Below are positions 12,391 through 26,139 of a DNA stretch of 64,000 bases, one piece after another. Within the stretch, counting starts at the first letter, position 1; each line of letters opens with the position of its first letter. Origin of the DNA: Gekko japonicus (lineage: Eukaryota); contig NW_015174272.1 in the NCBI RefSeq assembly GCF_001447785.1, positions 1,094,584-1,158,583 of the forward strand. The letters are read 5' to 3'. Made by a program: the position numbers and the translations under genes. The notes under the pieces are model-generated. The model did no database searches. It was not told where the DNA came from and was given only the letters and a program-made list of their open reading frames with translations.

Positions 12391-13207
12391 GCTGACACCA
12401 ACCTTTCCAGACTCAGAACCCACTCAGCTGCAAGCACAAGACAGGAAGATATGTGACATCAGAGTTATGTGACAGGAAAAGGAGGAGCCAGAGCTATGAG
12501 TTTGCCATGACTAGCAGATCAAAAGAGCTGGGGACAGGAAGCACAGGCCTAGCACAGGAAACTGTACTGTAGTGATGAACAAACGGCAGGAAGCATGGCA
12601 CCCTTACTATCTACACAGCAGGTAAGGCCCTTTCAAAAAGGAGCAACAAATGGCTGATCTATAGGGGCTTGTGACCCAGCAAGAGGAACTCTATGATCCA
12701 TCTGAAGGGCCCCCACCCCTGGGGTTAAGACCCACTGCTCAGGTGCAGCTCTGTCTTCCACATTATACTACTACCTAAAAGCTATTCCACCAAGAGGGCA
12801 ATTTCATAGAAGTCCCTCCTATGAGGATTCTAACTGCCATCAGGCTGTCTATCAGAGGACAAGTTATGGGGAGGAGACATCCTCACTCGCTGACCTGAAT
12901 TCTGTTATCTGCTCAAATTTCAGATTGGCTGGGGTAGGTTCTTTTGTGGAGGGATTGTCCTCAGTTCTGTCACTCCTGCCAAGGCAGTGCTAAAGAGCAC
13001 CAGCCCACTGCTGTGGACATCAAGCGTAGGGCAAGGGTTTGCTGTAGAGTAGAAAATCTACAGATGACAACTTTGCCAAAACATGCTTGCAGGCCACCTG
13101 GAAGACCTAAGATCAGGATATAAATCCTTGAAATTGGTATCAACAGGGAACGTCCACGCATAATACATGCTGGCACCATCTTGAAGGTATGTGTACCCTG
13201 CTGCTAA

Positions 13208-13478
13208 GAGAAGAGGAGGAGATTGGATTTATACCCCGCCCTTCACTACCCTAAAGGGTCTCAGAGTGGCTTGCAATCTCCTGTCCCTCCCCCTCCCCAC
13301 AACAAACACCCTGTGAGGTAGGCTGAAAGAGTTCTTCTGAGAACTGTCCTTGAGAGAACAGCTCTGAAAGAACTTATGACTGACCCAAGGTCACACCAGC
13401 AGCTGCATATGGAGGAGTGGGGAATCAAATCCATTTCTCCCAGATTAGAGTCCGCGCTCCTAACCACAACACCAAACC
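13208..13478 (-). mobile_element. Squam3-like SINE
   Basis: Reverse complement of the same SINE family. Confidence 0.88.
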
Positions 13479-13767
13479 AGTGGTGGGTCAACAAGGAGTG
13501 GGGCTGCCCCCAACTCCCTCCCACCCTCCCAACACCTCTCACCCCCACTGCCTCCTCTTGGAGCAACTAATACACCATCCCTCCTCAAACCCTCAGGTAC
13601 AGGGCTGCCAAAAAATGGCTGTTGGGCCAACAGTGTGACACTACTTCTGGGGACGAGCGAGCTGGGTAATCACCTGTGGCAGCCGTTCACAGTTATACAA
13701 GAGTCTCCATCATTTCCTCTAGCTGCTTAAATTGCTGTTCAACTGAAAAATGAACACTATCTACAAG

Positions 13768-14186
13768 TGTGTAGAAGAGCTCCCATTTGAAGATTTCTTC
13801 GGACGACTGCACTCCGCATCATGAGTCTGATTCTCGTATTCAAGCTGTTAAGTATGCAACTCAACAACGAAGTAAGTAACAAGTGATTCAGCTTTATTGA
13901 GAACGAGAACTTCCAAAAGATCACACAGCATCAGACGACACAACAAAACAACAGTGGAGCACACAGCTCCTTTTTAAACTCTCCCGGGCTGGTGTAGCCA
14001 CGCCCTCATAAAGTTAACAGCCACTTGTAATACAGAGATAACATCCAATCATTTGTCTTCCCTCCAGTACAGACCTCTTACATTTCATTGGTTACAGAAC
14101 ATGCTTCAGCCAATGGTGTTGTTCCAGATTAGAATCCGGCTGAGGTTTCAAGTTTAAGATTATGTTTCAATGGTTAAGACACAACA
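13768..14186 (-). mobile_element. Solo-LTR-like insertion inside the hAT fossil
   Basis: TG...CA ends; TATA-like TTTAAAAAGG and AATAAA on the - strand; interrupts the transposase frame; TSD only approximate. Confidence 0.55.
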
Positions 14187-14749
14187 CAAACAGCCTCTTC
14201 TTTTGGTGATTACATGGGGGCTCCTTGAAAGTGGCATCAGCATCAAGGGCTTCTGCAAGATCTTTTGCAGTAATAACTGCTGCTGTATAATCACCTTCCC
14301 TATACATTGTGATGAAGTTGATGTATCTCTTCAGAAGGGAGGTAGCCGTTACAATATCCACTGTAAGGTAATGCATAGCCTTACGTGCAGTATTCACATG
14401 GAACATAATGTCACACCATACTATGACTGATATCAAGAACTTGAAGTCTAGAATTTGGTCTGCTAGACATTGTGCTTCAGGGCGAAGACCTGCATCTGCT
14501 TGAGGCAACTCTGCTACTTCCATCAGAGCAGCATAAATTTCTTTTGTTTGATATCAAATGGGCTTCACACTGTCAATGCCAGTTTCCTAGCAAGTGCCAC
14601 TCAATGGTTTCATAGTTTGGTTGGGCACATTTCCTTCCAGTATCTGCCACTGTTGAACAGAGGCAGAAAATAGCAGAAAGATGTGCTGTATTGCTTCAGA
14701 TGCACTCTATTGCTTCAGACCAGCGCGGCTACCCACCTGCATCCCTTAA

Positions 14750-15022
14750 AGTTTGGTATAGTGGTTAATTGTGTGGACTCTAATCTGGGAGAACTCGGTT
14801 TGATTCCCCACTCCTCCACTTGCACCTGCTGGATGACCTTGGGCAAGTCATAGTTCTGTTCAGAGCTGTTCTTGAAAGAGCAGTTTCTGTCAGAGCTCTC
14901 TCAGCCCCACCTACCTCACAGGTGTCTGTTGTGGGGAGGGGAGGGGAGGAGAAAGGACTCTGTAAGCCGCTCTGAGACTCCAAGTGAAAGACAAGGAATA
15001 AGTCCAATCTCTTCTTCTTCTT
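14750..15022 (+). mobile_element. Squam3-like SINE inside the hAT fossil
   Basis: Same head and (CTT)n tail. Confidence 0.88.
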
Positions 15023-15778
15023 GTGGCACACCAGAGAAATAGATTCCTTTGATGATTATAATGATACATCTACCAGACTGAGAGAGTGACAGGCCACAGG
15101 GTACAAATAAAGCTCATTAGTTCAATATAAGTAGTTTTGCCATGAACGCCTTTCATTTCTTCATGTTGGCGCCATTATAAAAAACTTGGCCATGGCAATC
15201 CTTAATGGCCGTGTTATTTTTTTCCAGCTTTCTCAACAAGAGCTCTACAAGCCCTTGTCTAGTTGATTCATGAACTGCCCTGAATCGTAGGAAATGTTCT
15301 TTTACACAGATTTTGCCTCCATCTTTATTTACAAATTTCACTGTAAATTACATCTTTTCTTGAGTGACTTACATCAAGTGTGCAATCTAATACAATGGAG
15401 CAATAGTTAGCTTCGTCCAACCTGTTATGTACGTTTTGTAACACTTTGTTGGCCATGGGGTGATCAGATCCTGAATGGTTTTCCTGCAGTGGTGATCGTT
15501 ACATTCCTTTGAAGAGACACGTCACAAATGCTTGAGCATTACCTCAACATACTTGTCAAGCAACTGTATGAAAACCAGAAAATGTTCACTGTTGTCTGTG
15601 AAGAGCTTGTCCAAAGATCCCCACAATACCAACTTGTGTGATGCCAGGAACACCACAATAGCCATTAAGTGTTCCAGCTCACCCCTTCAAAAGCTGAATT
15701 TCTTGGCTTATAATGTGCTGGTGTTCTGCATCAATGCACTTGTTTGATATTCTATGGCTTGTTGCCGTAATAAATGCC

Positions 15779-15806
15779 TGACTGACTGACTGACTGACTG
15801 ACTGAC
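15779..15806. repeat. (TGAC)n microsatellite
   Basis: About 7 tandem units. Confidence 0.9.
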
Positions 15807-16614
15807 ACTTGTTTGATATAAAACTGGATTCAGTTTCAATCCGTTTGCAGTATGCAGCCAAATAGGTGGATGACTTCTCATGCTGTTTCAGAATATCATT
15901 TAAGCATTTCCAATCACTACTTCCAGTACTCCCAAGTGAAGAAGTGGCAGTAGCACCTCCTGAAAATATTTTACAGCAGAGGCAAAAAAAACCTTGTTAG
16001 TACTTTTAGAATATACAAGTCAGTGCCTTTTTCACTTCTGACTATTGTCTGAAACTCTTTCCGCAAAAGTTTTTGAGGCATGACATTTATTCTGATCTAC
16101 AGGAAAAGTCATATCCTCAATTCTGCTTGGCCCATTGGAAACAATTACATCTACATATGCAGGCTTCATTACCTTTGCACAAAATGCAAGATCAGCAGTA
16201 GTAAGTATGCTCTGTTATGGTTCCTTCTGTAGTATTATTCCACTTGGCCTCTGATCAGAGGCTGAGCTCTCAGCATCTTCTAAATTTCTGGAAATGGGAA
16301 CTTTTCCACTGTTGTCTTTGAGCACTTCTACGTCCGTGCCACCTCTGCATGAAGAACTCACTGCTTCAGCAAGCTGAAGGACCTTCTGCACAGGATCTGC
16401 TTTTCTGGGCAACTTGGGCCTCTTGCTGCACTTTGCGTTTTCTGTTCTGAGCCCCAGATCCTGTTTAAGAAGGCATTTTTACAAATATAGCAGTTGAATG
16501 TGGTTACTTCAGCCCTATATATTGGGGCACTTGTTGTTTTTAAAGTTCAAAAGAATAGCAGCAAAATTTCTTGGGCATTTAAGCAACCAAAGAGATCACA
16601 CATAACTAATTACA

Positions 16615-17252
16615 GAGAGCCAGTTTGGTGTAGTGGTTAAGTGTGCGGACTCTAATCTGGGAGAACCGGGTTTGATTCCCCACTTCTCCTAGGGCTGCCA
16701 AGTGGGGGCGGGGGGCGGGGAAACCCCCACTTTGGAGGCCCGATTTCCGCCGCCGTGGAATCAGGCCCCGGGGGGAACTCCGCCCCCCGAAGAGCAGCGT
16801 GGCTGCGTCACCAGAGGTGACGCAACCATGTCGCCCACATTGGGGGCGTGGCCTGGATCACCAGAGGGAAAACTCTATGGTTTCCCCCCTGACAATCGGG
16901 GCCACGCCCCCAACGTGGGCAACATCGCACGTCACTTCCGTTGACGTGCTGGCGGTGCGCACACGCACATCCGGAGCCAGCTCCCGGAGCCGTTGGAGCC
17001 TCCCCCGCCGGTGAGTTTGCGGGACTTGGCAACCCTAACTTCTCCACTTGCACTTGCTGATGTGACCTTGGGTCAGTCACAAGCTCTGGCACAGCTGATC
17101 CTGAAAGAGCAGTTTGTGTCAGAGCTCTCTCAAGCCCACCCACCTCACAGGGTGTCTGTTGTGGGGAGGGGAAGGGAAAGGAGTTTGTAAGCCGCTCGGA
17201 GACTCCAAGTGAAGGGCAGGGTATAAATCCAATCTCCTCTCCTCCTCCTCCT
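16615..17252 (+). mobile_element. Squam3-like SINE split by the MITE at 16690-17037
   Basis: SINE sequence resumes exactly after the TSD. Confidence 0.9.
16690..17037. mobile_element. CpG-rich MITE with TAGGG(T/C)TGCCA TIRs (Blackjack-like hAT), nested in a SINE
   Basis: TAGGGCTGCCAAGT...ACTTGGCAACCCTA; perfect 8-bp TSD ACTTCTCC. Confidence 0.9.
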
Positions 17253-20200
17253 AATGCACACAGTTCTGCAGTGGAATAGTTGAGGCAGAATAAAATGAAC
17301 TAGAGCTCTAAGAGATTTAAGCCCTCAGAAAAGAAAACTCTGTGAAAGAAAATTCACTAAAGCCAGCTCTTAAACTGAGAAATGTTCTTGATGCAGCTAC
17401 TGTTGTGCTGTAATACCTCTAGCATACATTTCCCAGCAGTCCCTCCTTCCTAAACTGCCCTGGAAGAGGAAGTGGTCTTCCATTGGGAAGTAGCCCCCAA
17501 CTTAGTGCAATGTTGGAAATTCCTATAGTGTAACAGTTTTAATTTTCCAGAAAGACTGCTTTCAGTATCATGGGTATTTTATGCCCATTCTACCAGGTTG
17601 ACAACACTAAGATTGAAGCTATTTCTTTAAAAAAAGATGGAGAAGATCTGGACAGAGGGAAGAAGAATAAAGAAGCTACAGTCTGAGAGGGAAGAAAAAT
17701 AAAGAAACTATAGCCTGGGAGGCTTCACTGGAAAACCGGAACTGAAGCAGGAAGAGAGCACTGAAAGAAAGCAGCACAGGGCAGGTTGATTGTTCTGAGT
17801 CTTTTCACAGACACTGCTGGGAAAGCCTGAGACACTAGGCCAGGGCCTGTTACACTGCTAGGTTTTGCAGTCTTGCACAAACCATATAACTTGGCGATAT
17901 TGCAAAGGTCACCAGGGTGCGAAAGGCACTCCTCAGCCATAGTGCTAGTTAATATAGTGCTGTCCCTGCCCAGAACCAGAAGTGACATTAGATCTCTCTG
18001 GGAATCACTGGAAACTCCGTGATTTTACCACAAAGTGTCCAGCAATTCCTAGAAATGCATGACATCACTTCCAGGTTTCCCCCAGAATTGACATCATGCT
18101 GTCACCAACAGTGCACCTCCATATCCCTCCCCAGTACCTCCCGGCTGCTGTGCCTGGCAGCCCCACCTAGGCATCTGTCAACATGTTGCATTTAATACAT
18201 AATAATAATAATACATAAAGCCTTGATGAGAGAAGGAGCATTAGCTGCTCCGCCTTTTTGGTAGAGTTGAGGAAGCAAGGCGGGGCAAAGATGGCAGCGG
18301 CTGCTCCCCCCAAATGCCAGCATCTAAAATTAAGCAAACAGAAATTTGCAGAGTGGACTTTTTAAAAAGAATGACAATCCCACACTGAAGGCTTTTCCGA
18401 ATGGGTTCTTTTTGTCAGTTCTGGCCCTGTACTGCTTCAGTTTATCCCCCGATTTCCACACAAATTTTTGTGCCCTTAGTTTTTACTTTGTCTTGTATTT
18501 CTCCCCCCCCCCCAAAAAAATTTTTTTTCTGGTTTGTTTGGGACCACTTTTACCCAGATCTTTTTCTGGAAGCCAATTTTGAGCCACCTTTCCCCTTGTG
18601 CATAATGTTTCTGTCCATTTTCTTCATCCTGCCCACTCCCATGCCCCTCCAGACCACTTTTCAATAATTGGACTGTCATCGTTGCCATACCACTTCCTCT
18701 CTTCCCCCTGCCCTGAAGACCAGTGGTTTCATTTATTATCTTTAAAAAAAACCAGCACTAATATCAATATACTGTTGTAACAATAAGGCTCAGCCGTTTC
18801 TCTGAACTGGCACCTTGCATTTAAAAAATAGTAAGTCTTTAGGCTCCATCCCTGTGGATATATAAGGGAAAAAGGCATATCTCTGCAAAGGAAGAAGCTA
18901 GAGACTTTGGGGTTTTTTAAAAAAATGAGAATTTGGAATTCAGAGAAGCTGCTGAGCCTATCGTTAAAACAACAGATTGATATATCAATGTTTCAGCCCC
19001 TTTTTAAAAGGGGGTGGTGCTGTGGCACCATCAATGATACCACCAATGACGACAGCACCCTTCCTTGAAAACCCTGCTTATTTAAGGAATGTGTGGGGAA
19101 AAAATGGACTCCACAACTGTAGAGGGAGGGCAGACATGCAGAAGAGCCCTGCCCACACCAATTCCAATGCTTGTGGATCAACTGCCAGAAAATCAGGAGT
19201 AAGCTGAGTGTGTGGAAAAGGCTAGAGCATCTGATAGCTTCCCACTTGAAAAGACAGTGTAGAAGAGAGCAGTGGTTTTGACAATTAGACTTAATGGATG
19301 GGGAGAAAGGGTGGCTCACCAGTTCCAGTCTTACAATGTTCCTTTTCCCTAAAACTAATAGTTGACCGTGATTGTAGTAAATATTCAGGCACATCTGTTT
19401 CATTATGCATAGAAATCAAGATTCAACCTGTGTTGGAAACCTTCATATCTGAGAAATTCTAAACACAGATTACATACTGACCAGAGGATCAGGATCCAAA
19501 CAGAGACCTGGCGTGAGGTAAAAATGACCATGTACTCTGAGACGGAGAAAACAAGAAGATTCTCTTTTCAGCCTTTCAAGTGCAGAGCTGAAAGAAATTC
19601 AACAGAATTTCAAAATTCCCATTCTGAATACTGTGTTTGACCTCAGCATTCAAAATATTATTTCAGTTTTTTGTCACCTCTTCAAGAGATGTTTTCTGAT
19701 TGGTTAAATATGTGAGTGAAGTTAAGATTGAAACTGCATGCAAATTTTCAATCACTTTCATGACCACCTGAGAATCTTCCCCTACTGTTGTTAACATGCA
19801 CTGCCTTCGTTCAGTCACTCAACACTTTCCCCCCTTTAAATGTCATCACAGACACTCCAGGTAGTGCAAAAGACAATCCCGACTTACATAGCCCAGATAC
19901 CAGTCCTGAGAATTACATTCCCATCACAAGTAAGTAGTGACAATCTCCTTTTCTCTTAATTATCTGTCCACATGTCCCAGCACCTCTTCCTTTGCTGTCC
20001 CTATCCAATCCTTCATCCGTCTTGTCTCCAATGAAATGACAAAGAATGTCTTGTTAATTTCACAGAAGCTCCATTCATTAGTTTATTTCATTGTTATTAA
20101 TGTATGTACCCACACTGGCTTTTTGAAGAAAAACTAAATAATGCCTTTCCAAATCTTGGCTGCGCCCATACGTCGCTGGATTTTCCTGTGTGGACAAGAC

Positions 20201-23200
20201 AAGACAATCTCATTGCCAATGATTTCTATACTGCCAGGATAGTGCCTTATTCAACAATGGATGGATGCAGTCTTGGCCCGTTTCACAGGGACTGTGAAAG
20301 AAAAGCCTGGGTAGCAGGTGGCCCACAGTGATGAAAAAGCAGGAGGACCAAAGACCAAAGAGACACTTCACAAAAGAGAGGTAAAATGTAAAAACCAGTT
20401 CCAAGTATATAGGGGTGGAAATGGAGGACGCAAAATAAGCTTTGAATGTTGCACATATGTTCACAGGTGACACAAAAATGCATGAAGGTTTAAATGCAGC
20501 TCCTGCATGGACATCATTCAATGAAAAAATGCAATACAAGCATATCTACATCTCTGTTTCTTTCAGGCATATACACCAACAGCAGGAAGGAGGCTCAAAA
20601 GCACATTACGTGACATGTGGGAAATATGTCTTAGTCAAAAAAGGCCACCATTTACCAAATCATACTACATATCAGTGGTCAAACTTTCTTGCATCCCTCT
20701 ACCACTGCAGCCCACCAGACTTCATGAAAAGCTGCTCCTGGGGGGATAGGAAGAGTATGAGAGGTGCAATGAGGGTCCACAACAAAAGACCGAAAATCAC
20801 CCCTCCCCTTCTGCTGGCAGAAAATTACTACCAGATTCAACCCACTGACTGCTACTGAATATCACCTGTAAGACAGTGTCAAATGCTACATACTCCCTTA
20901 AGTGGTAATTTGTGGCCAAACCCTTCTGACTAAGAAGATGAGTCTCTGGCAGTATATGGGTAATGGCAGTTGCTTAGAACCCAGACACATCTCTTAAAAT
21001 TACTCTTATTGATAATGTAGCTCTTCTGATTTACATGGTCAATGATAGAGGACACAAGAAACACAATGAATGATAGTGGACACAATCAAGATGTTGAAAA
21101 TGCTTCACATTGTTGGATCCCCAAGCATCGAGATATGCTTCACATGCATCCTTACTATAAAGTTTTCAGTGGAATGGAAATGAAGATTCAATGTTTTGCA
21201 AAGTTGCTTAGCCATCCCCAGGACTAACAGAAGTAAAATAGATTATACAAAATAAGAGAAATGATGCAAATATACGCCATTTGTATAACATTTATTTACA
21301 ACCCACTTTTCTTCCTGACACTGAAGATGAATTAAATATATGCAAGGAGTGGATTTTTTTCACATTTTTAACTGTATAAAATCTACTCAATCTTGTCTGT
21401 TATCATATACAGTGAAATGTAATAGAAGTGGATCAGCACACAGTGATTGGGCTCTTTATCCCATTTTTAACAAAGTAGATAAAATGGTCAGTTTTGGTGG
21501 ACCAACTTTGTCTGCTTCAGAAAGGGGAATGGCTACACTGACCTCTTAATCCAATAAAACAAAAGGGACATTCAAGTTCAGAGTGAATCAAAGGAAAAGG
21601 ATATAACTCATCTGACTAAAAAAAGATGGCTAAAGAAAGAGCAGGGTTAGAACAAAGAAAATTATTAATGAGATAAAAGAAATCCGTCAACTTAACACAG
21701 AGAAGGTTCAAAACATTTTTGTTGTTGTTATTGTTTAATTAAATTGTGGAACCACTGCCAGATATGGTGATAGCCAACAGAACTGGGTTAGATCTCTTAT
21801 TCATCTGACCCAATCATGTTGTTCTTAGAATCATACAAAATCTTATGGTCTTAAATACCTTCTCGTGCTAATCAGCCTGAGAAACCCATTGCTGCATGAA
21901 ATGAGAGTAGACCAGGTCACAGCAAAAGACACAGATACCTTATTTAGATCCTGGGGACCCATTTAAATCTGGTTTATGTACTCTGCTAGTATTCAGAAGC
22001 AGGAAGACGCATGTACAAGAAGACAGCCATTGTATTTCTCCGAACCTATACACGATACCTACTATGATTCATACTGACATGTATGGCCTTTCTGCTCCCC
22101 ATGCAAAGCAGGTAGTTGGTACTATTACTTCTCTGCAATTGAGAACATGGACATTTGTCCATCAAAATGTCATAAGAGAACAGCCACAATGTTCTGACCT
22201 GCAGGAAGTTTGTGGCAACTCAACGCACAGGCATAGTAAACAAACTCTGGACCATCTGCTCCTTTGCCGTCATACAGTACCAACCTACGGAAAGCACAAA
22301 TGGGCACAGGCAAATCATGAAACTGCACTGGTGGTCATGCAATGAAAAGTGGCTCCATTAGATTTGCCAGTGCCACTATCTCCTTCAGCACTGGGTGGGA
22401 TTTTATTGTTTATTTGTTTTGCACGCCTATAGTATGCCCTTTCAATACAAAATTCTCACTTTGACTGGGGCATAACCATCACAAAACACACACTCACACA
22501 ATATGATGCAACAATAAGAACAATGAAATCCACAATAAAAGGATGAGTGACTCTATAGTTGTCCAATAAAATCAACTACAACCAGAAAATTCACAAATTA
22601 TTACATGGTAGAAAAGTAGACGTGAAAAGGTTTTAAATAAAACAAAAATTACTGATTTTTTAAAAACCCTACATTAAAAAATTCCAGAGGGGCGACTGTG
22701 TACTGTGGCTTTTAACTGTAAGCGGCCTCAAGCAGGACTCTGAAAAGGCAGCATAGAAATATTCTTAATCAATAATAAATAAAATTAATTAGCCTATTCT
22801 TGCAAAAGACATCAAAAGTCCTGTGGCACCTTGGAGAGTAACAAACTTTATTCCTGCATAAGCTTTCAGGAGTCAGAGTTCACTTCATGAGATGTGTGTG
22901 TGTGGGGGGGATTCTTTGAAACCTATGTAAAAGGTTCCAGGTACTCATACTCAACCTAGCAAATTTCAACAGGCAACTGATTCCACAGCTTAGAAGCCAT
23001 TATAGCAAAAGACTTCTCTGCCATGGCCACCAGCCTAGTGGATGGTGAAACAACCCAAAGAGCCTCAGTTCTTGATTTTAAGGTACACAGAAGATATACA
23101 TAGGGAAAATGCTCCTTTAAGATTGGACTCAAAATGGTGGAGCTCAGGAGGGGGATATTCTCAAATCACACCACATACAAGGATTTAGTTTGTATCCTCT

Positions 23201-26139
23201 TCTACAGCATACTTGGCACGATGTGTGCTTAATCCTGCCCTTGGGAAGGCAAGTGCATCCTACTCTCTGAACATACAAATCTACTGTATACAGAATCATG
23301 CCCCCACAGTGTAAGAGAGAAAGAGATTTTCCTCAAGACCGATAGTGCTGTTCCTAATCATAGTGACACCCTTCTAAGCCCATTGATGGTAACACACTGG
23401 GAGCCTTTAGATGGATATGGACCTTCTGCATGCAAGGTATGTACTCTTCTGTCACTGAGCTACAGTCCCTCCCCTCCTCCCTGCACTTCAGGGTATTGGT
23501 TCCTAAAATGTATTATGAATAACCATCCTAAGATCATGTGGTTTTTACAACTCCACCACTCTTGCACAAATCTGAATGCAAACGGGATTTTTCAAGCAGC
23601 ATGCTGACCACTACAGGGTGAACAGCAGGAGGGAATGATGTATCACATGCTGTCAGCTTCCTGTCATTCTGACATTGCCAGAATGGAATTAAAAAACAAA
23701 CAACTTTCTATGACCAAGAAGAAAATTCCTCAAGAAATCCCCCCACGCCTTCTACAACAAGCATCTGAAATGGCAGTCTCAAGATCTACAGCCACCATGC
23801 CAGGATCTTATTAGGAAAGATCATGGGGCAAAAGGAAAGTTCTCTTGAAGGGAAACGCAGCATACAGGGTTTGGCTTTACTTGCAGAAAGAACAATGACT
23901 TCAGAAAAGGTGTAGGACAGTAGGTAAAGTCCAGCAGGGTGTTTTATACACAAAGCATCAAGTTTTACTCTAAGGATAAGTCAGGTTCTTCTGCCTCCTA
24001 AAAGCTGCTTTACACATTATGCAAAATGGGATGCTAGAATTCTGGACTTCACCACTTCAGATTATGAGAGGCCATTCTCTTGAAAGCTTCTCCAGGTGAA
24101 GCATTTCCAGGAATCAGTACATCAGAAAGGAAGGCTTACCACCCTAATGAACTAATTTTCTATATGCAAGGAGAGGCTTTTTTATGCAAAGAAGCACGCA
24201 AGAATCTGTTGTTGTCATCACACCCCCCCCAAATGGTACAGTCCAGAATGGGTCCACCTCCTTCTGCAAAATATGCACATTGGCTCTCAGAGTCCAAACC
24301 AGTTTCCAGAGGTACTACTACTGTGGATACTAAATCTCTTCCTTCTCATAAGGAGCAACCACAAGACCACTCTATATTATTCTAATAAAACATTAGGCGG
24401 TGCAATCTTAAACAGAGTTGCAGCCTTCTAAGCTTACTGACCTCAACTGAATTAGAAGGGCATAACACATCTTAGAATTGCACCTACATTCAAGCCCTTA
24501 AACTCTTCAGAAAGTTTGAGCAAAAACGTTCAGATGTACTTCCCATATTGCCTGCATTCGGGCAGAACAAAAATGGGGTATTTCTCCATCTGAAATGCTC
24601 TGTGGGAGGCACAGTCTTCAGTCAACCCTTACGTACTATGACAATATCTTCTGTGCCTTACTTGCTTAGCATGCTGATCATTTCACCGTTCTTCCTGAAC
24701 AAAGCTTGTGCCGCTATCAGCCGACTCATGAGGTCCCAGTTCCTTCACTAGTTGGCTCTTGCATTACAGCAAAGAGCAATGCATGAAGATAGCGATTTCT
24801 GTCCCTTCCAAACTCAAGTTCCCTGCCTTCTCTTCCAAGCCTTGACTTGGCAGAAAACAGACCTATGACACATACACACACAAATGCCCCCAACTGGGTG
24901 CCTGCCAACAGAGCACGATGATAAGAGGCAATTCAGGGACCAGGCATCCTTTCTCATGCCACTCCTTGGTTCACAATCACAACATATTTGGTTTACAAGA
25001 AAGACATTTGGTTGAGAAGGAAAGAAACCACCATGGCCCACAAGAGAAACTCAAGGGGGGGGGGGATTAGATACAGGGGAGTACAAGAAGTAGCCAATGA
25101 AATAGGAGTGGTGCCAAAGAAAGGGGGGATGGGCATGTATAATCTACGACAAAAGTGGATCAAGAACAGCAGCTAAGGATCCACCGTATGAATCCTAAGG
25201 ATACGTGAGAGCAAGAACAGAACTGAGAAGTTGGGTTGCCTTGGGGACCCTATTTGGATGGAAAGGCAGCACAGAAATATTTTAAATCTATCAGTCAATA
25301 TATTCAATACAGTTGTCCAAAACTGAGCTGGGAGAGGAACGTGGAAAAGTGCTACAGAAACAAAGGATGGGAGATTCCTATGTGGAATGGCTAAGGGACA
25401 GAAGAGGACAAGGCACCTGGAGGAGAAACAGGGATCCCTGGCCCTGATGCTGCTGTTCAGGAAATCACCTTGGCCAGAGCAATGGGGTATTTATGTTAGC
25501 TGAATGGTCAAAGCAAAGCGGTTGGCCTTAAGATCTACCTATGAGGGGAAAGCTACTTAAGAGTGCAGTAGGGGGGAAGCCAAGTTGGTTAGGACCAAGA
25601 ACTAGTAGAATCAGGGGGGATAAATAGAAACAGTGACTGAGGGATCTAACAAGACTCAAAAGATCCCAGTTCCAAAGGGGATGGGTACAGTAAAAAATGT
25701 GAAATCAGATTCTGGGATCTTGCTGCAGAGTGCGGCTCTACTCTTCTTTGGGATGGAGATCAGTGGACCTAACCAGAAGGACTGGCAAAATGGCTCAGAT
25801 TCATGAGAGAAAAGAAACAAGAGTTTGTGGAACACAGATCAACAACAGGCAATGGGGGGGGGGGGCAGGGACTGGTCAAGCAAAGAAGAACTAAGCCAGG
25901 AAGGATCCGCAGATGGATCAAGAGGGACTGAAGGATGAAAACACTCAAAACTAGTCTCCCGTAGAAGAAAACGGGCCCAATCCAGAATGGGCTCCCATGT
26001 CTGACGGGGAACCGGAGATAAAAAGTGTATGAAAAGTTAGCGAGGGGGGAGAAGGAAGAAGGAGAGGAGATTTACGATCCATGTGTGGGGCTTCTCGGGG
26101 AAGCGGATCAGAATTCCTTCAACAATCAGAGGAGCATTT

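Larger units (their letters stand above)
13690..16476 (-). pseudogene. Fossil hAT (Tip100/ZMYM1-like) transposase, fragmented
   Basis: N-terminal SGAQNRKRK-like segment near 16476; a TTF-zinc-finger-like LVYSKSTNK...CCKIF segment; KEHFLRF...CHGQVFYNGANM; FVPC; FKFLISVIVWCDIMFHVN...KKRLF; many stops and frameshifts, split by an LTR-like element and a SINE. Confidence 0.85.

Noticed and set aside
24662-24729. - strand ATG...AA|GTAAGG mini-exon (MSRLIAAQALFRKNGEMISMLS)
   Set aside because: Ends in phase 2, incompatible with the expected phase-0 junction; no other support
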